Shown one piece after another: positions 8,754-18,201 of a stretch of DNA of 64,000 nt. Made by a program: the position numbers and the translations under genes. How positions within the stretch are numbered: the first letter of the stretch is position 1; every line of letters starts with the position of its first letter. Origin of the DNA: Minisyncoccota bacterium (GTDB lineage Bacteria; Patescibacteriota; Minisyncoccia; Phycocordibacterales; JABAAK01); assembly GCA_963668425.1 (NCBI GenBank), contig OY764332.1:524336-588335 (forward strand), written 5' to 3'. The notes beneath the pieces are model-generated. The model was not told the DNA's origin. It saw nothing but the letters and a program-made list of their open reading frames with translations, and did no database searches.

Positions 8754-9374
8754 ATGAACGACCAACAAGACCCACTGTACAGTATTATTGGTGATATGAC
8801 TCGTGTGAAGATGCTTCGGATTTTTACCCTGAATAAGGACTCTTTGTATGTTGCTAGTGATTTTACCAAAGCACTTCGGAAGCGAGAACAGTCAATTAAG
8901 GAATCTTTGAGATGGCTTGAGCAGGACGGTATTATTGTGAAAAAGAAACTGCCTGTGGCAGAGAGAAAAAGTAAAGGGATTCGTGAGTTGAAGGGGCATG
9001 GGTTCAATAAGCGGTATGCGCATAGGGAGTTTTTAGATATGCTTATCAGGGAATCGTTGCCGACAGAAAAGGATGTGCTCGCTAAAAAAATAGTGCGAGT
9101 GCCGGGGGTGCGATGTGTTGTCACTACTGATGTGTTTGTTGAGAAACGTGGTGGGTGCGTTGATCTTATGGTTGCTTCTGCGGAAAATAATGAGTCGCAT
9201 CTTCAGGATATGGTTCAGTCGGCGGAGCGATCTATTGGTCGGGAGTTGCGGTGTGTGTTTTTAACGGTGAATGATTTGCTACATCGCATACATACAAACG
9301 ATCGGTTTATACGGAGTATATTGGAGGAAAAACATACTATACACCTTGATAAAATCGGCCTACCCCAAACGTGA
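8754..9374 (+). CDS. hypothetical protein with N-terminal winged-helix-like region
   Basis: ATG at 8754 (the ORF-track start at 8727 is TTG); the segment MTRVKMLRIFTLNKDSLYVASDFTKALRKREQSIKESLRWLEQDGIIVKK resembles a wHTH. Confidence 0.45.
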   Translation: MNDQQDPLYSIIGDMTRVKMLRIFTLNKDSLYVASDFTKALRKREQSIKESLRWLEQDGIIVKKKLPVAERKSKGIRELKGHGFNKRYAHREFLDMLIRESLPTEKDVLAKKIVRVPGVRCVVTTDVFVEKRGGCVDLMVASAENNESHLQDMVQSAERSIGRELRCVFLTVNDLLHRIHTNDRFIRSILEEKHTIHLDKIGLPQT

Positions 9375-9476
9375 AAAACCTTCTTACCCACTACTACTAC
9401 AGTGGTATACTAACAAGTGTAGAGGGCTTTTGCTCACTACACAATTATACAGATCTGTAATACATACTTAATTATT

Positions 9477-10154
9477 ATGTTTAGTGTAGCGTTATTATCA
9501 TCAAGTGCTCAAAAGTTACTTGCTATTGTCTTCGGCATCTTACCACAGCTTATTGTCGCGATACTGATTGTACTCGTTGGGTGGGTAGTAGGCTGGCTCT
9601 TAGAACGGACCTTGCGAACCGTATTTCGCACCGTACCGGTCTTTGATGAGACCTTACGAAACATCGGTCTTGACAAGGTACTGGAACGCGCAGGCATGCG
9701 TGTTGACCTCGGTAAGTTCTTCGGTGTCATCGTCAAGGTATTCGTCATGTTTGCCTTCCTCCTTGCCGCCTTTGATGTCCTCGGCTTCGGCGAGATCAAC
9801 ACCTTCTTAACTGAAACTGTCCTTGCCTACATCCCGAATGTCATCTCTGCTGCGTTAGTGATGGTACTCGGTCTGATTGTCGCTGACTTCGTCAGTAAAA
9901 TCGTCTCAGGCAGTGCAAAAGTCATCAAGGTACATGCAGGCCTTGCAACAAAAATCACCAAATGGTCAATCATCATCTTCTCTGCCCTCATCGCTTTCTC
10001 AGAACTCGGTGTCGCTCAGGAGATCATTCAGGCAACCATCGGTGGCATCATCGCCGCAATCTCCCTTGCTCTCGGACTTGCCTTCGGTCTCGGCGGACAA
10101 CAAGCCGCCTCTGACTTCTTAGACAAAGTAAAAGGAGACATATCACACCGATAA
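9477..10154 (+). CDS. membrane protein with repeated conserved-TM-helix segments (MscS-family N-terminal-like)
   Basis: 225 aa; four similar hydrophobic helices (ILIVLVGWVVGWLLER, FVMFAFLLAAFDVLGF, ALVMVLGLIVADFVSK, IIIFSALIAFSELGV). Confidence 0.5.
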   Translation: MFSVALLSSSAQKLLAIVFGILPQLIVAILIVLVGWVVGWLLERTLRTVFRTVPVFDETLRNIGLDKVLERAGMRVDLGKFFGVIVKVFVMFAFLLAAFDVLGFGEINTFLTETVLAYIPNVISAALVMVLGLIVADFVSKIVSGSAKVIKVHAGLATKITKWSIIIFSALIAFSELGVAQEIIQATIGGIIAAISLALGLAFGLGGQQAASDFLDKVKGDISHR

Positions 10155-10189
10155 CCGAATCAAAAAAAACAAGCACTTGTTTTACAAAG

Positions 10190-10218
10190 ATCATCGCACT
10201 CGTTGCGATGATTTTTGT
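10190..10218 (+). terminator. rho-independent terminator
   Basis: atcatcgca-ctcgt-tgcgatgat, a 9-bp perfect stem, followed by ttttt. Confidence 0.6.
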
Positions 10219-10267
10219 TTGTTGTGTGGATGGCGCTTTTAGTGGTGGTTGGTTATACAATGGGGTG

Positions 10268-11746
10268 TTAGGTTACTAGGTTTTTAACCGTTTTGTAAAT
10301 TTCTACCATTGCGAGCGTGTCAAGTTTGCAGTATTCCAGAAGAGCGTTTTTTATTGTGTCGTGTTTCGTGCTGTTTTTTTCCTCAACCATTGCAAACCAC
10401 CGCTCCATTGCCTGTGTGCCGTCTTGAATAGCAAGGTTTTCATATGAGAGATTTGGACAAAGCACAGGAAGCACTTTTTTAATAGAAGTTGAGCCGCAGA
10501 ATGCCGCATCAGTGTATGCTTCTTTGAATACATCCTCCAAGTCAACCATGCGGTCATTAGCGTTCTGTAGCATTTCAGCATACTGCGGATACATTTTTGC
10601 CATTTTTGTATTTATTTTTTTTTCATAACTTGCATGCCATGAGACAATAGACCCCACATCCTTGACCATTTCACAGAATGCCTGTAGCACTTTTTCAATC
10701 CCGGAAAGGTTCTCGTTTAAGTACTCTTTGTGTGTAAGCGTGTTGTTGGCGTCCAATATATGTAGTGAAAATTGAAACGGTATGTGTTGCCACGGCTTTG
10801 TGCCTATAATTTTTGGCACTGCATTTATTGCTGCCTCATAGTCAAAGAAATAGAGTGGAAAAACCATTTCAGCAAGCATGCTCTGTATCTTCTCCTCATC
10901 AATTTGAGCATTCTTTTCAATCACTGATCGTACTTGTCGGCGTTGTCGGTCGTTCAGCTCAATATCATCGGTAACGTCTTCTATCTTTTGTATATCACGA
11001 TCCAGCAGTATACATAACTTTTTTTCACGTATATTACCGATTTCCCATACAGATTGCTCGGGAAGCACGTTGTTGAAATATTCAAATGCATCACAGTGAT
11101 TTGCTTTGGTTTTTCTGAAACAAGGACATCCGCCTTCCTCTATACGCTCTGCCTGTAAAAGTGAAAGCGCATTGTTAATTTCCACTTCTGTCTCGTCGTA
11201 TATCTTTTTTATTTCTTCGGTAACGTCAATTTTCTTAAGGAGTTTTTGCGGATCTATCTCTATCTCTCGCACATAGTTACTATCGGTATGCATAATGAAC
11301 ACCTTTTCAACACGCATGCCGGATCGCTCAAATGTGATTTTTTGAAAACACGCATCCTTGAGATGGTTGTGCTTTTTATCTTTTTTGATGCTGGTGGATG
11401 CTTTTACCTCATGCAGGTTATATGACCCATCATCGTTTCTGGAAAGGATGTCTGCCCGCGCGAACAATCCGTCTTCAGTTAGCACTGTTGCTTGGAACAA
11501 CGTTTTTGTTTTTTGTATGATTGCGTCTTGTGTTTTTGCCATAGATGTATCAATGGTGGGTGGCAACGACACACCGTCAGGGAACAACATTTGTGCGTAT
11601 CGTTCAACTTCATACCCCTCGCGGGTAATTTTTTTCAAAAAATCACTGAATGCTTTATGCGGGTAGATCTTTGGCTTATGTTTGCGTAGCCACAATGACT
11701 TTGGGCATTGTAAGTAGTGCACAAAGTCGGTCTTAGTGAGATACAT
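10268..11746 (-). CDS. DUF2779-family protein with N-terminal PD-(D/E)xK (RecB/Cas4-like) nuclease motifs
   Basis: N-terminus MYLTKTDFVHYLQCPKSLWL is typical of the family; D…EVK motif (ARADIL…YNLHEVKAS); C-terminal Cys cluster CPCF…HCDAF; start overlaps the htrA stop by 1 nt. Confidence 0.55.
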   Translation of the reverse strand: MYLTKTDFVHYLQCPKSLWLRKHKPKIYPHKAFSDFLKKITREGYEVERYAQMLFPDGVSLPPTIDTSMAKTQDAIIQKTKTLFQATVLTEDGLFARADILSRNDDGSYNLHEVKASTSIKKDKKHNHLKDACFQKITFERSGMRVEKVFIMHTDSNYVREIEIDPQKLLKKIDVTEEIKKIYDETEVEINNALSLLQAERIEEGGCPCFRKTKANHCDAFEYFNNVLPEQSVWEIGNIREKKLCILLDRDIQKIEDVTDDIELNDRQRRQVRSVIEKNAQIDEEKIQSMLAEMVFPLYFFDYEAAINAVPKIIGTKPWQHIPFQFSLHILDANNTLTHKEYLNENLSGIEKVLQAFCEMVKDVGSIVSWHASYEKKINTKMAKMYPQYAEMLQNANDRMVDLEDVFKEAYTDAAFCGSTSIKKVLPVLCPNLSYENLAIQDGTQAMERWFAMVEEKNSTKHDTIKNALLEYCKLDTLAMVEIYKTVKNLVT

Positions 11747-11749
11747 ATT

Positions 11750-12994
11750 TTATTCAGTTGGAGCTCTTGTAAGTGTGGCAGTGATTTGTTTTTCAGCACC
11801 GTGACGGAGAATTGTAAGCGTGATAGATTGACCGACCTGTTTTTGTCGGATGTGTGCGCTCAGCGATGCTCCGCGTTCTATTTTGACACCGTCAATCTCA
11901 AGGATGATATCGTTTTCTACAATACCGGCAATGTCTGCGGGAGATCCGGGAATAACCGCGAGATCTTCCTGTGTTTCTCCGCGTGCGACAAGCGCGCCAT
12001 AGGCAACTGAGAGGTCATTCTTCTTTTGTAGACGTTCAGTTATTGCTATATAGCGGATACCGAGGTATGGTTTAATGATTTCTCCGTGTTCCTGCACTGA
12101 TGTGACTATCATTTTGATGGTATTACTGGAGAGAGCAAAGCCGATATTTTCTGCACCCCGTTGCACCGCGACATTGACTCCTATCACTTTGCCACTGAGG
12201 TCAAGCAGAGGGCCACCGGAATTGCCGGGATTAATTGCGGCATCGGTTTGGATAACCCCTTCCAGCATCTCTGATTTGCCGAATGCATTTCCTGCAATTA
12301 TTGAACGGGATAATCCGGATACCACACCGACTGAGACGGAGTTTTGAAATTCAGTAAGCGCATTGCCGATCGCAATAACAGTTTGTCCTGCCTTCACGGT
12401 GTCAGAGTTGCCAAATTCAAGATATGAAAAACCCTTGTCTTCCACTTTGAGTACTGCAATGTCAAATGTCGTGTCCCGTGCCAGCACTTTTGCGTTGTGT
12501 GTTTCTCCGTTGTTAGTGAGGATGGTGTATTCGGCGTTTGTATCGCTGACGACATGGCGATTGGTAACAAGCAGACCGTCAGAGGATACAAAGAAACCGG
12601 ATCCACCCCCAACTTCACGTTTTTCAATGCCGTTTTGTCGTTGTCGTGGCACCCGGAAACTGAAACCCCCACCAAAAAAATCCTCAAATGGATCAAGTTT
12701 TTCATAGTACTGCTCAATGACCGGGACATCTTTAGTGATAACAATTGAAACAACTGCCGGGTTAGATTGTTCCACTATGTCAATAATGCGGGACTCCTCT
12801 CCGACAGAGTCGCGTAGTAGTATATTCTGTGTTTCGCTATCGGTGCTTTTCTCGGATGTGCGTGTGAGGGATAGTGCGCCATGTGTTTTGTGCTGGTATA
12901 TAGCAGTAAACATTGTCAGCATTACTGTGCAGGTAGCAACACTAACCGCGATGCTGAGTATAATAGTTGTTTTGTGTTTTTTAAGTAATTTCAT
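11750..12994 (-). CDS. htrA: HtrA/DegP-family periplasmic serine protease with C-terminal PDZ domain
   Basis: Trypsin-fold catalytic motifs TNRHVV (His), DIAVLKV (Asp) and GNSGGPLL (Ser); N-terminal TM anchor; PDZ-like C-terminus. Confidence 0.9.
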   Translation of the reverse strand: MKLLKKHKTTIILSIAVSVATCTVMLTMFTAIYQHKTHGALSLTRTSEKSTDSETQNILLRDSVGEESRIIDIVEQSNPAVVSIVITKDVPVIEQYYEKLDPFEDFFGGGFSFRVPRQRQNGIEKREVGGGSGFFVSSDGLLVTNRHVVSDTNAEYTILTNNGETHNAKVLARDTTFDIAVLKVEDKGFSYLEFGNSDTVKAGQTVIAIGNALTEFQNSVSVGVVSGLSRSIIAGNAFGKSEMLEGVIQTDAAINPGNSGGPLLDLSGKVIGVNVAVQRGAENIGFALSSNTIKMIVTSVQEHGEIIKPYLGIRYIAITERLQKKNDLSVAYGALVARGETQEDLAVIPGSPADIAGIVENDIILEIDGVKIERGASLSAHIRQKQVGQSITLTILRHGAEKQITATLTRAPTE

Positions 12995-13126
12995 ACGTTA
13001 GTGCAGATATTTTTAGTATACATTTGGTAGTATAGCAAACACTATTTTGGCTGTTATCATAATCCACTGCTTTGATACACTGTTGTTTTTCAAGCGGTGG
13101 AAAGGGTGTGGTATAGTGTTGATGTT

Positions 13127-13858
13127 ATGGAGAAGAAAAGTATTGTCTACAGTGTGCTTGTTGGGCTTATGTTGGTGATTGTTGTTGGGTTGTTGTGGGT
13201 TCTTGATCAACAGGCGGCACCAAAGCGGGAAGCATATGCAAATCTTGCGCAATGTTTGTCAGAAGCAGAAGTAATTTTTTATGGTGCGTTCTGGTGCCCT
13301 GCATGCGCGCAACAAAAAGCAATGTTTGGAGGATCGGCTAAAAAACTGCCATATAAGGAGTGTTCACTGCCGGATAGGACACAGAATGAGTTATGTACCG
13401 AAGCTGAGATAGCAAATTATCCGGTGTGGGAGTTTGCACGAGAAAATGACGAAGTGTATCGGTGTGGCGGGATAGTTAGTCCAGAGGTGTTAGCGCATTT
13501 GTCTGGCTGTCCGTTGCCGACATATGAAGGTGTGGATAGTACCGTTGCTGGACTATACGAACGACTGGTCGTTGAGACAACGACTGATTCGTTAAAAAGG
13601 CGGGGTGTACCTGCAGAGACAATACAAGAGACCATTGATTCGGTAGATGAAGCGGTTACCGCGTATCTAGCGGACACCTATGGAACAACAATTGATAGTA
13701 CCGATAACGTTGAGCATCTGCTCACTGCTGTTGCGGAGACATTGCACAGTTGTGCGCCGTTTGAAAAACAAGATGAGGAAGCAGTGCTTGAAATTGAGAA
13801 TGCTGAAATAGAATTGGTGCCTGCAGAAGAAGTTGATTCTGAAGGTGGTGCGGAGTAG
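13127..13858 (+). CDS. membrane-anchored thioredoxin-fold thiol:disulfide oxidoreductase
   Basis: ATG at 13127 (the ORF-track start at 13097 is GTG); TM helix, then an FWCPAC redox motif; extended -10 TGGTATAGT 9 nt upstream of the ATG, no SD. Confidence 0.55.
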   Translation: MEKKSIVYSVLVGLMLVIVVGLLWVLDQQAAPKREAYANLAQCLSEAEVIFYGAFWCPACAQQKAMFGGSAKKLPYKECSLPDRTQNELCTEAEIANYPVWEFARENDEVYRCGGIVSPEVLAHLSGCPLPTYEGVDSTVAGLYERLVVETTTDSLKRRGVPAETIQETIDSVDEAVTAYLADTYGTTIDSTDNVEHLLTAVAETLHSCAPFEKQDEEAVLEIENAEIELVPAEEVDSEGGAE

Positions 13859-13860
13859 TC

Positions 13861-14514
13861 ATGAGCATACAACACATTATCAAAGAACCGCAACATCATG
13901 CGTATATTGTGTTTGGCTATATGCCGAATGAGTTGGGTGTGGAGCAGCGTGAAGGATTGTTTGTTATAGAAACGGAAAAGGGGCTGGGAGTTGGTGAGGT
14001 GCGGGAGTTGCAACAGTATGCGTTTCAGTCAACCGGTGCACAAGAGAGAAAGATTGTGCTGAGTGCATCAGGCATTACCCATCAGGCACAAAATGCGTTA
14101 CTGAAAGTGATGGAAGAGGTTAGTGACGGTACCTATTTTTTTCTGTGTTTGCCACAGGGAACAGATGTGTTGAGTACGTTGCTTTCACGGTGCTACATTA
14201 TTAGTCGGAGTGATACTGCTTTGGAGTCAGAGAATCAATCGGAGCATTTTACCTCGTTTATCAATGCGTCTGCGAAGGGGCGACTTGCTGTGCTGGATGC
14301 GATTTGGGATATGGGAGAGGGTGCGCGACATAGTGCGATTTTGCAACTGCTACAATCTATTGAGCAATACATACATCAGAGTATTAGGCGTGATGGAGAG
14401 GGCGGGCGTGAAAAAATTATGCGTTACAGGCGAGTAACACAAAACTTGCGGCGTGGTATCTATGATGGTGCGCTGCACAAAAGCACCCTACAGGCACTGG
14501 CGTTTTGTGCATAG
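13861..14514 (+). CDS. short DNA polymerase III delta-prime (HolB)-like clamp-loader subunit
   Basis: ITHQAQNALLKVMEE matches the AxNALLKxLEEP sensor region of clamp-loader AAA+ subunits; only 217 aa. Confidence 0.45.
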   Translation: MSIQHIIKEPQHHAYIVFGYMPNELGVEQREGLFVIETEKGLGVGEVRELQQYAFQSTGAQERKIVLSASGITHQAQNALLKVMEEVSDGTYFFLCLPQGTDVLSTLLSRCYIISRSDTALESENQSEHFTSFINASAKGRLAVLDAIWDMGEGARHSAILQLLQSIEQYIHQSIRRDGEGGREKIMRYRRVTQNLRRGIYDGALHKSTLQALAFCA

Positions 14515-14544
14515 TGTCAATCTTTGGTATACTGTTTACACTAT

Positions 14545-16398
14545 ATGAAGCTGGATGAGGTACGAAGACGGTTCCTAGATTTTATGCGGGAGCGAGGTCA
14601 TAGCGTGATTGGATCCGCGCCGCTGGTACCGCAAGAGGATGCGACAACACTGTTTACTGGGTCAGGTATGCAACCATTAGTGCCGTATTTGCTGGGGAAA
14701 GAGCATCAACAGGGTTCACGGTTGGCAAATTCACAGAAATGTTTTCGGGCGAATGATATTGAGGAGGTTGGTGACAACAGGCATACGACTTTTTTTGAAA
14801 TGCTAGGAAATTGGTCGCTTGGTGACTACTTCAAAGAAGAGCAGGTGGAGCAGATTTTTATTTTTTTGACTGATGTGGAGAAAGGGCTGGGGTTTGATCC
14901 GCAACGGCTATATGTGACAGTGTTTTCTGGTGATGCGTCATTGGGCATTCCGCGAGATGAGGTATCCGCGGAGAAATGGCGTGCATTATTTGCAGATGTC
15001 GGTATTGATGCTGGTATCGCGCATATCGGCTCGCAGGAGGATGGAGATGAGCAGGGAATGAAATCTGGTGATCGGATATTTTACTATGATGCGAGCAAAA
15101 ATTGGTGGAGTCGCTCGGGGGAGCCGGAGGCAATGCCGGTCGGCGAACCGGGAGGCCCTGATTCAGAGGTGTTCTATGATTTTGGGGAAGAGCACACCGA
15201 TCCGGCATTTGCACACCTGAAGCCACACCCGAATACCGACTCTGGGCGGTTCGTTGAGATTTGTAACTCAGTGTTTATGGAGTATGTGCGAACCAAAGAT
15301 GGCTTTCAGCCACTACCAAAGAAAAATGTTGATTTCGGAGGTGGCTTGGAGCGGATGACTGCGGCAACAGAGCATACACCAGATATTTTTAAGATTGATG
15401 TATTTAACGAGTTGTTGCAGTCACTCGTTGAGATGAGTGGTATTTCATATGACGATCAGCCGGAACCATTCCGTATAATTGCTGACCACCTGCGGAGCGC
15501 GGTGTTTGCTGTTGCAGATGGCGTAGTGCCGTCAAACACGGATCGGGGGTATGTACTGCGACGATTAATTCGTGAAGCACTATACAACCTGCGGTATGTG
15601 CTGAAGATTGAGACAGGTTCGCTTGCATCGCTCTCTGAGTATTGTGTTGCAGTGTACCGTGATGCCTATCCTGAAGTTGCCACAACAGCGATCAAGCAAA
15701 CAATTACTGATGAAGAAGAGCAGTTTACAAAGACCCTGCGAAACGGAATGCGGGAATTGGAGCGGATACTGAAGAGTAAGTCACTTGATGGAAAAGCAGT
15801 ATTTATGTTACAGAGTTCATATGGATTTCCGAAGGAGTTGACAGTCACTTTGGCAAAAGAGAAAGGAGTTACTGTTTCCTTGCGCGGATATGATGAGGAG
15901 ATGGAGAAACATCGTGCGCTGTCCCGACAGGCAAGTGAAGGGAAGTTTAAAGGAGGTTTGTCGGACACAAGTGACATGAGTGTGAAATATCACACAACAA
16001 CACACCTACTGCATCAGGCGCTGCGAGATGTGTTAGGAGATGGCGTGGAGCAAAAAGGGTCAAATATCACGCCGGAGCGATTGCGTTTTGACTTTTCGCA
16101 TGCTGAAAAAATGACTGACGAGCAAAAAAAACAGGTTGAGGGTATTGTGAATGAAAAGATACAGGCAGCATTGCCGATAGCATACAAAGATATGCCCTTT
16201 GAGGAGGCGCGGGCGTTGGGCGCCATCGGCGTGTTTTCATATGACGATATTGTGCGGGTGTATTCTGTCGGTGACTATAGCAAGGAGTTTTGTGGGGGTC
16301 CACATGTTGAAAATACTTCTGATCTTGGGATATTTCAGATTAAGAAGGAGGAGGCGGTGGGAAGTGGGGTGCGGAGGATTAAGGCGATACTTACATGA
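14545..16398 (+). CDS. alaS: alanine--tRNA ligase, compact form lacking the C-Ala domain
   Basis: The start aligns with E. coli AlaRS (MKLDEVRRRFLDFMRERGH vs [21 protein letters not shown]); also HTTFFEMLGNWSLGDYFK, the editing-domain HTTTHLLHQAL and CGGPHV motifs, and a GVRRIKAILT C-terminus (E. coli GVRRIEAVTG), after which the protein ends. Confidence 0.9.
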   Translation: MKLDEVRRRFLDFMRERGHSVIGSAPLVPQEDATTLFTGSGMQPLVPYLLGKEHQQGSRLANSQKCFRANDIEEVGDNRHTTFFEMLGNWSLGDYFKEEQVEQIFIFLTDVEKGLGFDPQRLYVTVFSGDASLGIPRDEVSAEKWRALFADVGIDAGIAHIGSQEDGDEQGMKSGDRIFYYDASKNWWSRSGEPEAMPVGEPGGPDSEVFYDFGEEHTDPAFAHLKPHPNTDSGRFVEICNSVFMEYVRTKDGFQPLPKKNVDFGGGLERMTAATEHTPDIFKIDVFNELLQSLVEMSGISYDDQPEPFRIIADHLRSAVFAVADGVVPSNTDRGYVLRRLIREALYNLRYVLKIETGSLASLSEYCVAVYRDAYPEVATTAIKQTITDEEEQFTKTLRNGMRELERILKSKSLDGKAVFMLQSSYGFPKELTVTLAKEKGVTVSLRGYDEEMEKHRALSRQASEGKFKGGLSDTSDMSVKYHTTTHLLHQALRDVLGDGVEQKGSNITPERLRFDFSHAEKMTDEQKKQVEGIVNEKIQAALPIAYKDMPFEEARALGAIGVFSYDDIVRVYSVGDYSKEFCGGPHVENTSDLGIFQIKKEEAVGSGVRRIKAILT

Positions 16399-16458
16399 GG
16401 TGCGTTTGTGTGGTGCTGTTTATGGACACTATATAAAAAATGCGTTATACTTCTGAGT

Positions 16459-17439
16459 GTGAAAATATCTTTTGTTGGAAAAGGTGGTGCAGGTAAAACA
16501 ACACTTGCTTCCTTGACGGCACGTTATCTTGCCTCAAAGCAGTTTCCTGTGCTTGTGATTGATGCTGATATAAATCAGCATATGGGATATTCGCTTGGAT
16601 TGCATGAGGATGCGTGTGCTGCTATCCCAAAGATGGGGCTGGAGATGGAAAAGATCAAGGAATATTTGCGTGGCACTAATAGTCGTATTGGTGCTATAGA
16701 GGAGATGGCGAAAACCACGCCGCCGGGTACCGGCTCACGACTGTTGACCGTTACAGAGGAAAACCCAATATACAAGCATTTTGTGCGGGACGTTGATGGT
16801 GTTCGTTTGATGACTGTTGGCGCGCTTTCAGAGAAGGACATTGGAGTGAAGTGTTATCATGCAAGCACTGGTTCTGTTGAACTGTTTTTGAATCATTTGA
16901 TAGATGTAGAGCGTGAGTATGTGCTTGTTGATATGACTGCCGGCACAGATGCATTTGCATCGGGGTTGTTTACTCGGTTTGATGTGACTTTTCTTGTCGT
17001 TGAACCAACGGTAAAATCAGTGAGTGTGTATAAGCAGTACAAGGCGTATGCGGAGCAGTATGCTATTTGTATTCGGGTGATAGGGAACAAGGTGAGGGAT
17101 ACATCAGATGCAACCTTTATACAGAGAGAGGTTGCAGATGATTTGGTGGCACTGTTTCAGGATTCACCGTATGTGCAATCTTTTGAACGAGGGGATACGC
17201 AACCGATTTCGTACCTTGAACCAGAAAATGAGAATGCGGTATCTGCGGTTGTGGAGGAAATTGATACAAAGGAGAAGGATTGGGAGAAGTTTTATGATCA
17301 GGCAGTTGTGTTTCATCGGAAAAATGCAGAAAGTTGGGCGAATTCTGCCTTAGGGGTTGACATAACTGAGCAGGTTGATCCATCATACTCTTTGATGGAT
17401 GAAGTGGTGCGTATGCAGCCAGCTCACACGATACAATGA
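16459..17439 (+). CDS. ParA/MinD/CooC-family P-loop ATPase
   Basis: The deviant Walker A KGGAGKTT sits at residues 7-14 if the GTG at 16459 is the start (VKISFVGKGGAGKTT); VLVIDADINQ Walker B-like motif; the ORF-track start at 16408 is another GTG overlapping the alaS stop. Confidence 0.65.
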   Translation: MKISFVGKGGAGKTTLASLTARYLASKQFPVLVIDADINQHMGYSLGLHEDACAAIPKMGLEMEKIKEYLRGTNSRIGAIEEMAKTTPPGTGSRLLTVTEENPIYKHFVRDVDGVRLMTVGALSEKDIGVKCYHASTGSVELFLNHLIDVEREYVLVDMTAGTDAFASGLFTRFDVTFLVVEPTVKSVSVYKQYKAYAEQYAICIRVIGNKVRDTSDATFIQREVADDLVALFQDSPYVQSFERGDTQPISYLEPENENAVSAVVEEIDTKEKDWEKFYDQAVVFHRKNAESWANSALGVDITEQVDPSYSLMDEVVRMQPAHTIQ

Positions 17440-17509
17440 AGTTTTTGTGTTGTGTGAGCTGGCTGTTGAGGCAGTCAGTAAAATTATATTAAAACCCAGG
17501 AGGTTTACT

Positions 17510-17899
17510 ATGTCTTTACCGTCGGTAAGTACCGTTTTGGTATCCAAGGGTTTGTCGCTTGATACGGCGACAGAAGATCAATTGCAAAGCGTCATCATTG
17601 AGGCGGTGCAGGAGGATTTGCCCGTTGGCTATGCAAATATTGAGCGTATGGTGAATGAGTTGCATCAAGGTGCTTCGCGGCGGGTTCGGTACACACTGGA
17701 CCCAATCTCTGAAGCAGGTAAGCAGTTTATCCGATTGCTTGCTTCGGATGCTGTGCGGAGAGTGCTGGAGCGACATTTTCGAGTGCGGCTCGGATTTTAC
17801 AATTGCTGTACCGGCATTGTCGTTCGTGAGAATGGTGTTCTGAAAATGACCCTGCGTGAGCAGGTAGCATTACAGAGTCCAGATTCCCTTGACTGTTAA
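17510..17899 (+). CDS. hypothetical protein
   Basis: A strong AGGAGG RBS 7 nt upstream of the internal ATG; the ORF-track start at 17399 runs through the preceding gene. Confidence 0.5.
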   Translation: MSLPSVSTVLVSKGLSLDTATEDQLQSVIIEAVQEDLPVGYANIERMVNELHQGASRRVRYTLDPISEAGKQFIRLLASDAVRRVLERHFRVRLGFYNCCTGIVVRENGVLKMTLREQVALQSPDSLDC

Positions 17900-17906
17900 T
17901 TTTACA

Positions 17907-17937
17907 CTCCGTTGCATTATGCAGCGGAGTTTTTTTA
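17907..17937 (+). terminator. rho-independent terminator
   Basis: ctccgttgca-tta-tgcagcggag (10-bp stem with one G-U) followed by ttttttt. Confidence 0.6.
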
Positions 17938-18201
17938 TGCCCTTATGTACCCGCTGTTAATTCAAAAGATTTGCCTTAGATACGGGCTTAGAGGGAGTTA
18001 TCCACTTATACAGCATACTATTCTGTATATTGGCAAAAGTGTAAAACTGGTGTTTAGGGTGTGTGTATGTTGTACATTATATATAAGTATGTCTACTTTG
18101 TGATTTTAAGATGAACACCCTGTGTTTGATCTTCGTAGAATACTGGCGAGAGAGGTAGGGAGTATTATATGTTTTTACACTTTGGCATGCTGTGATTTAG
18201 T

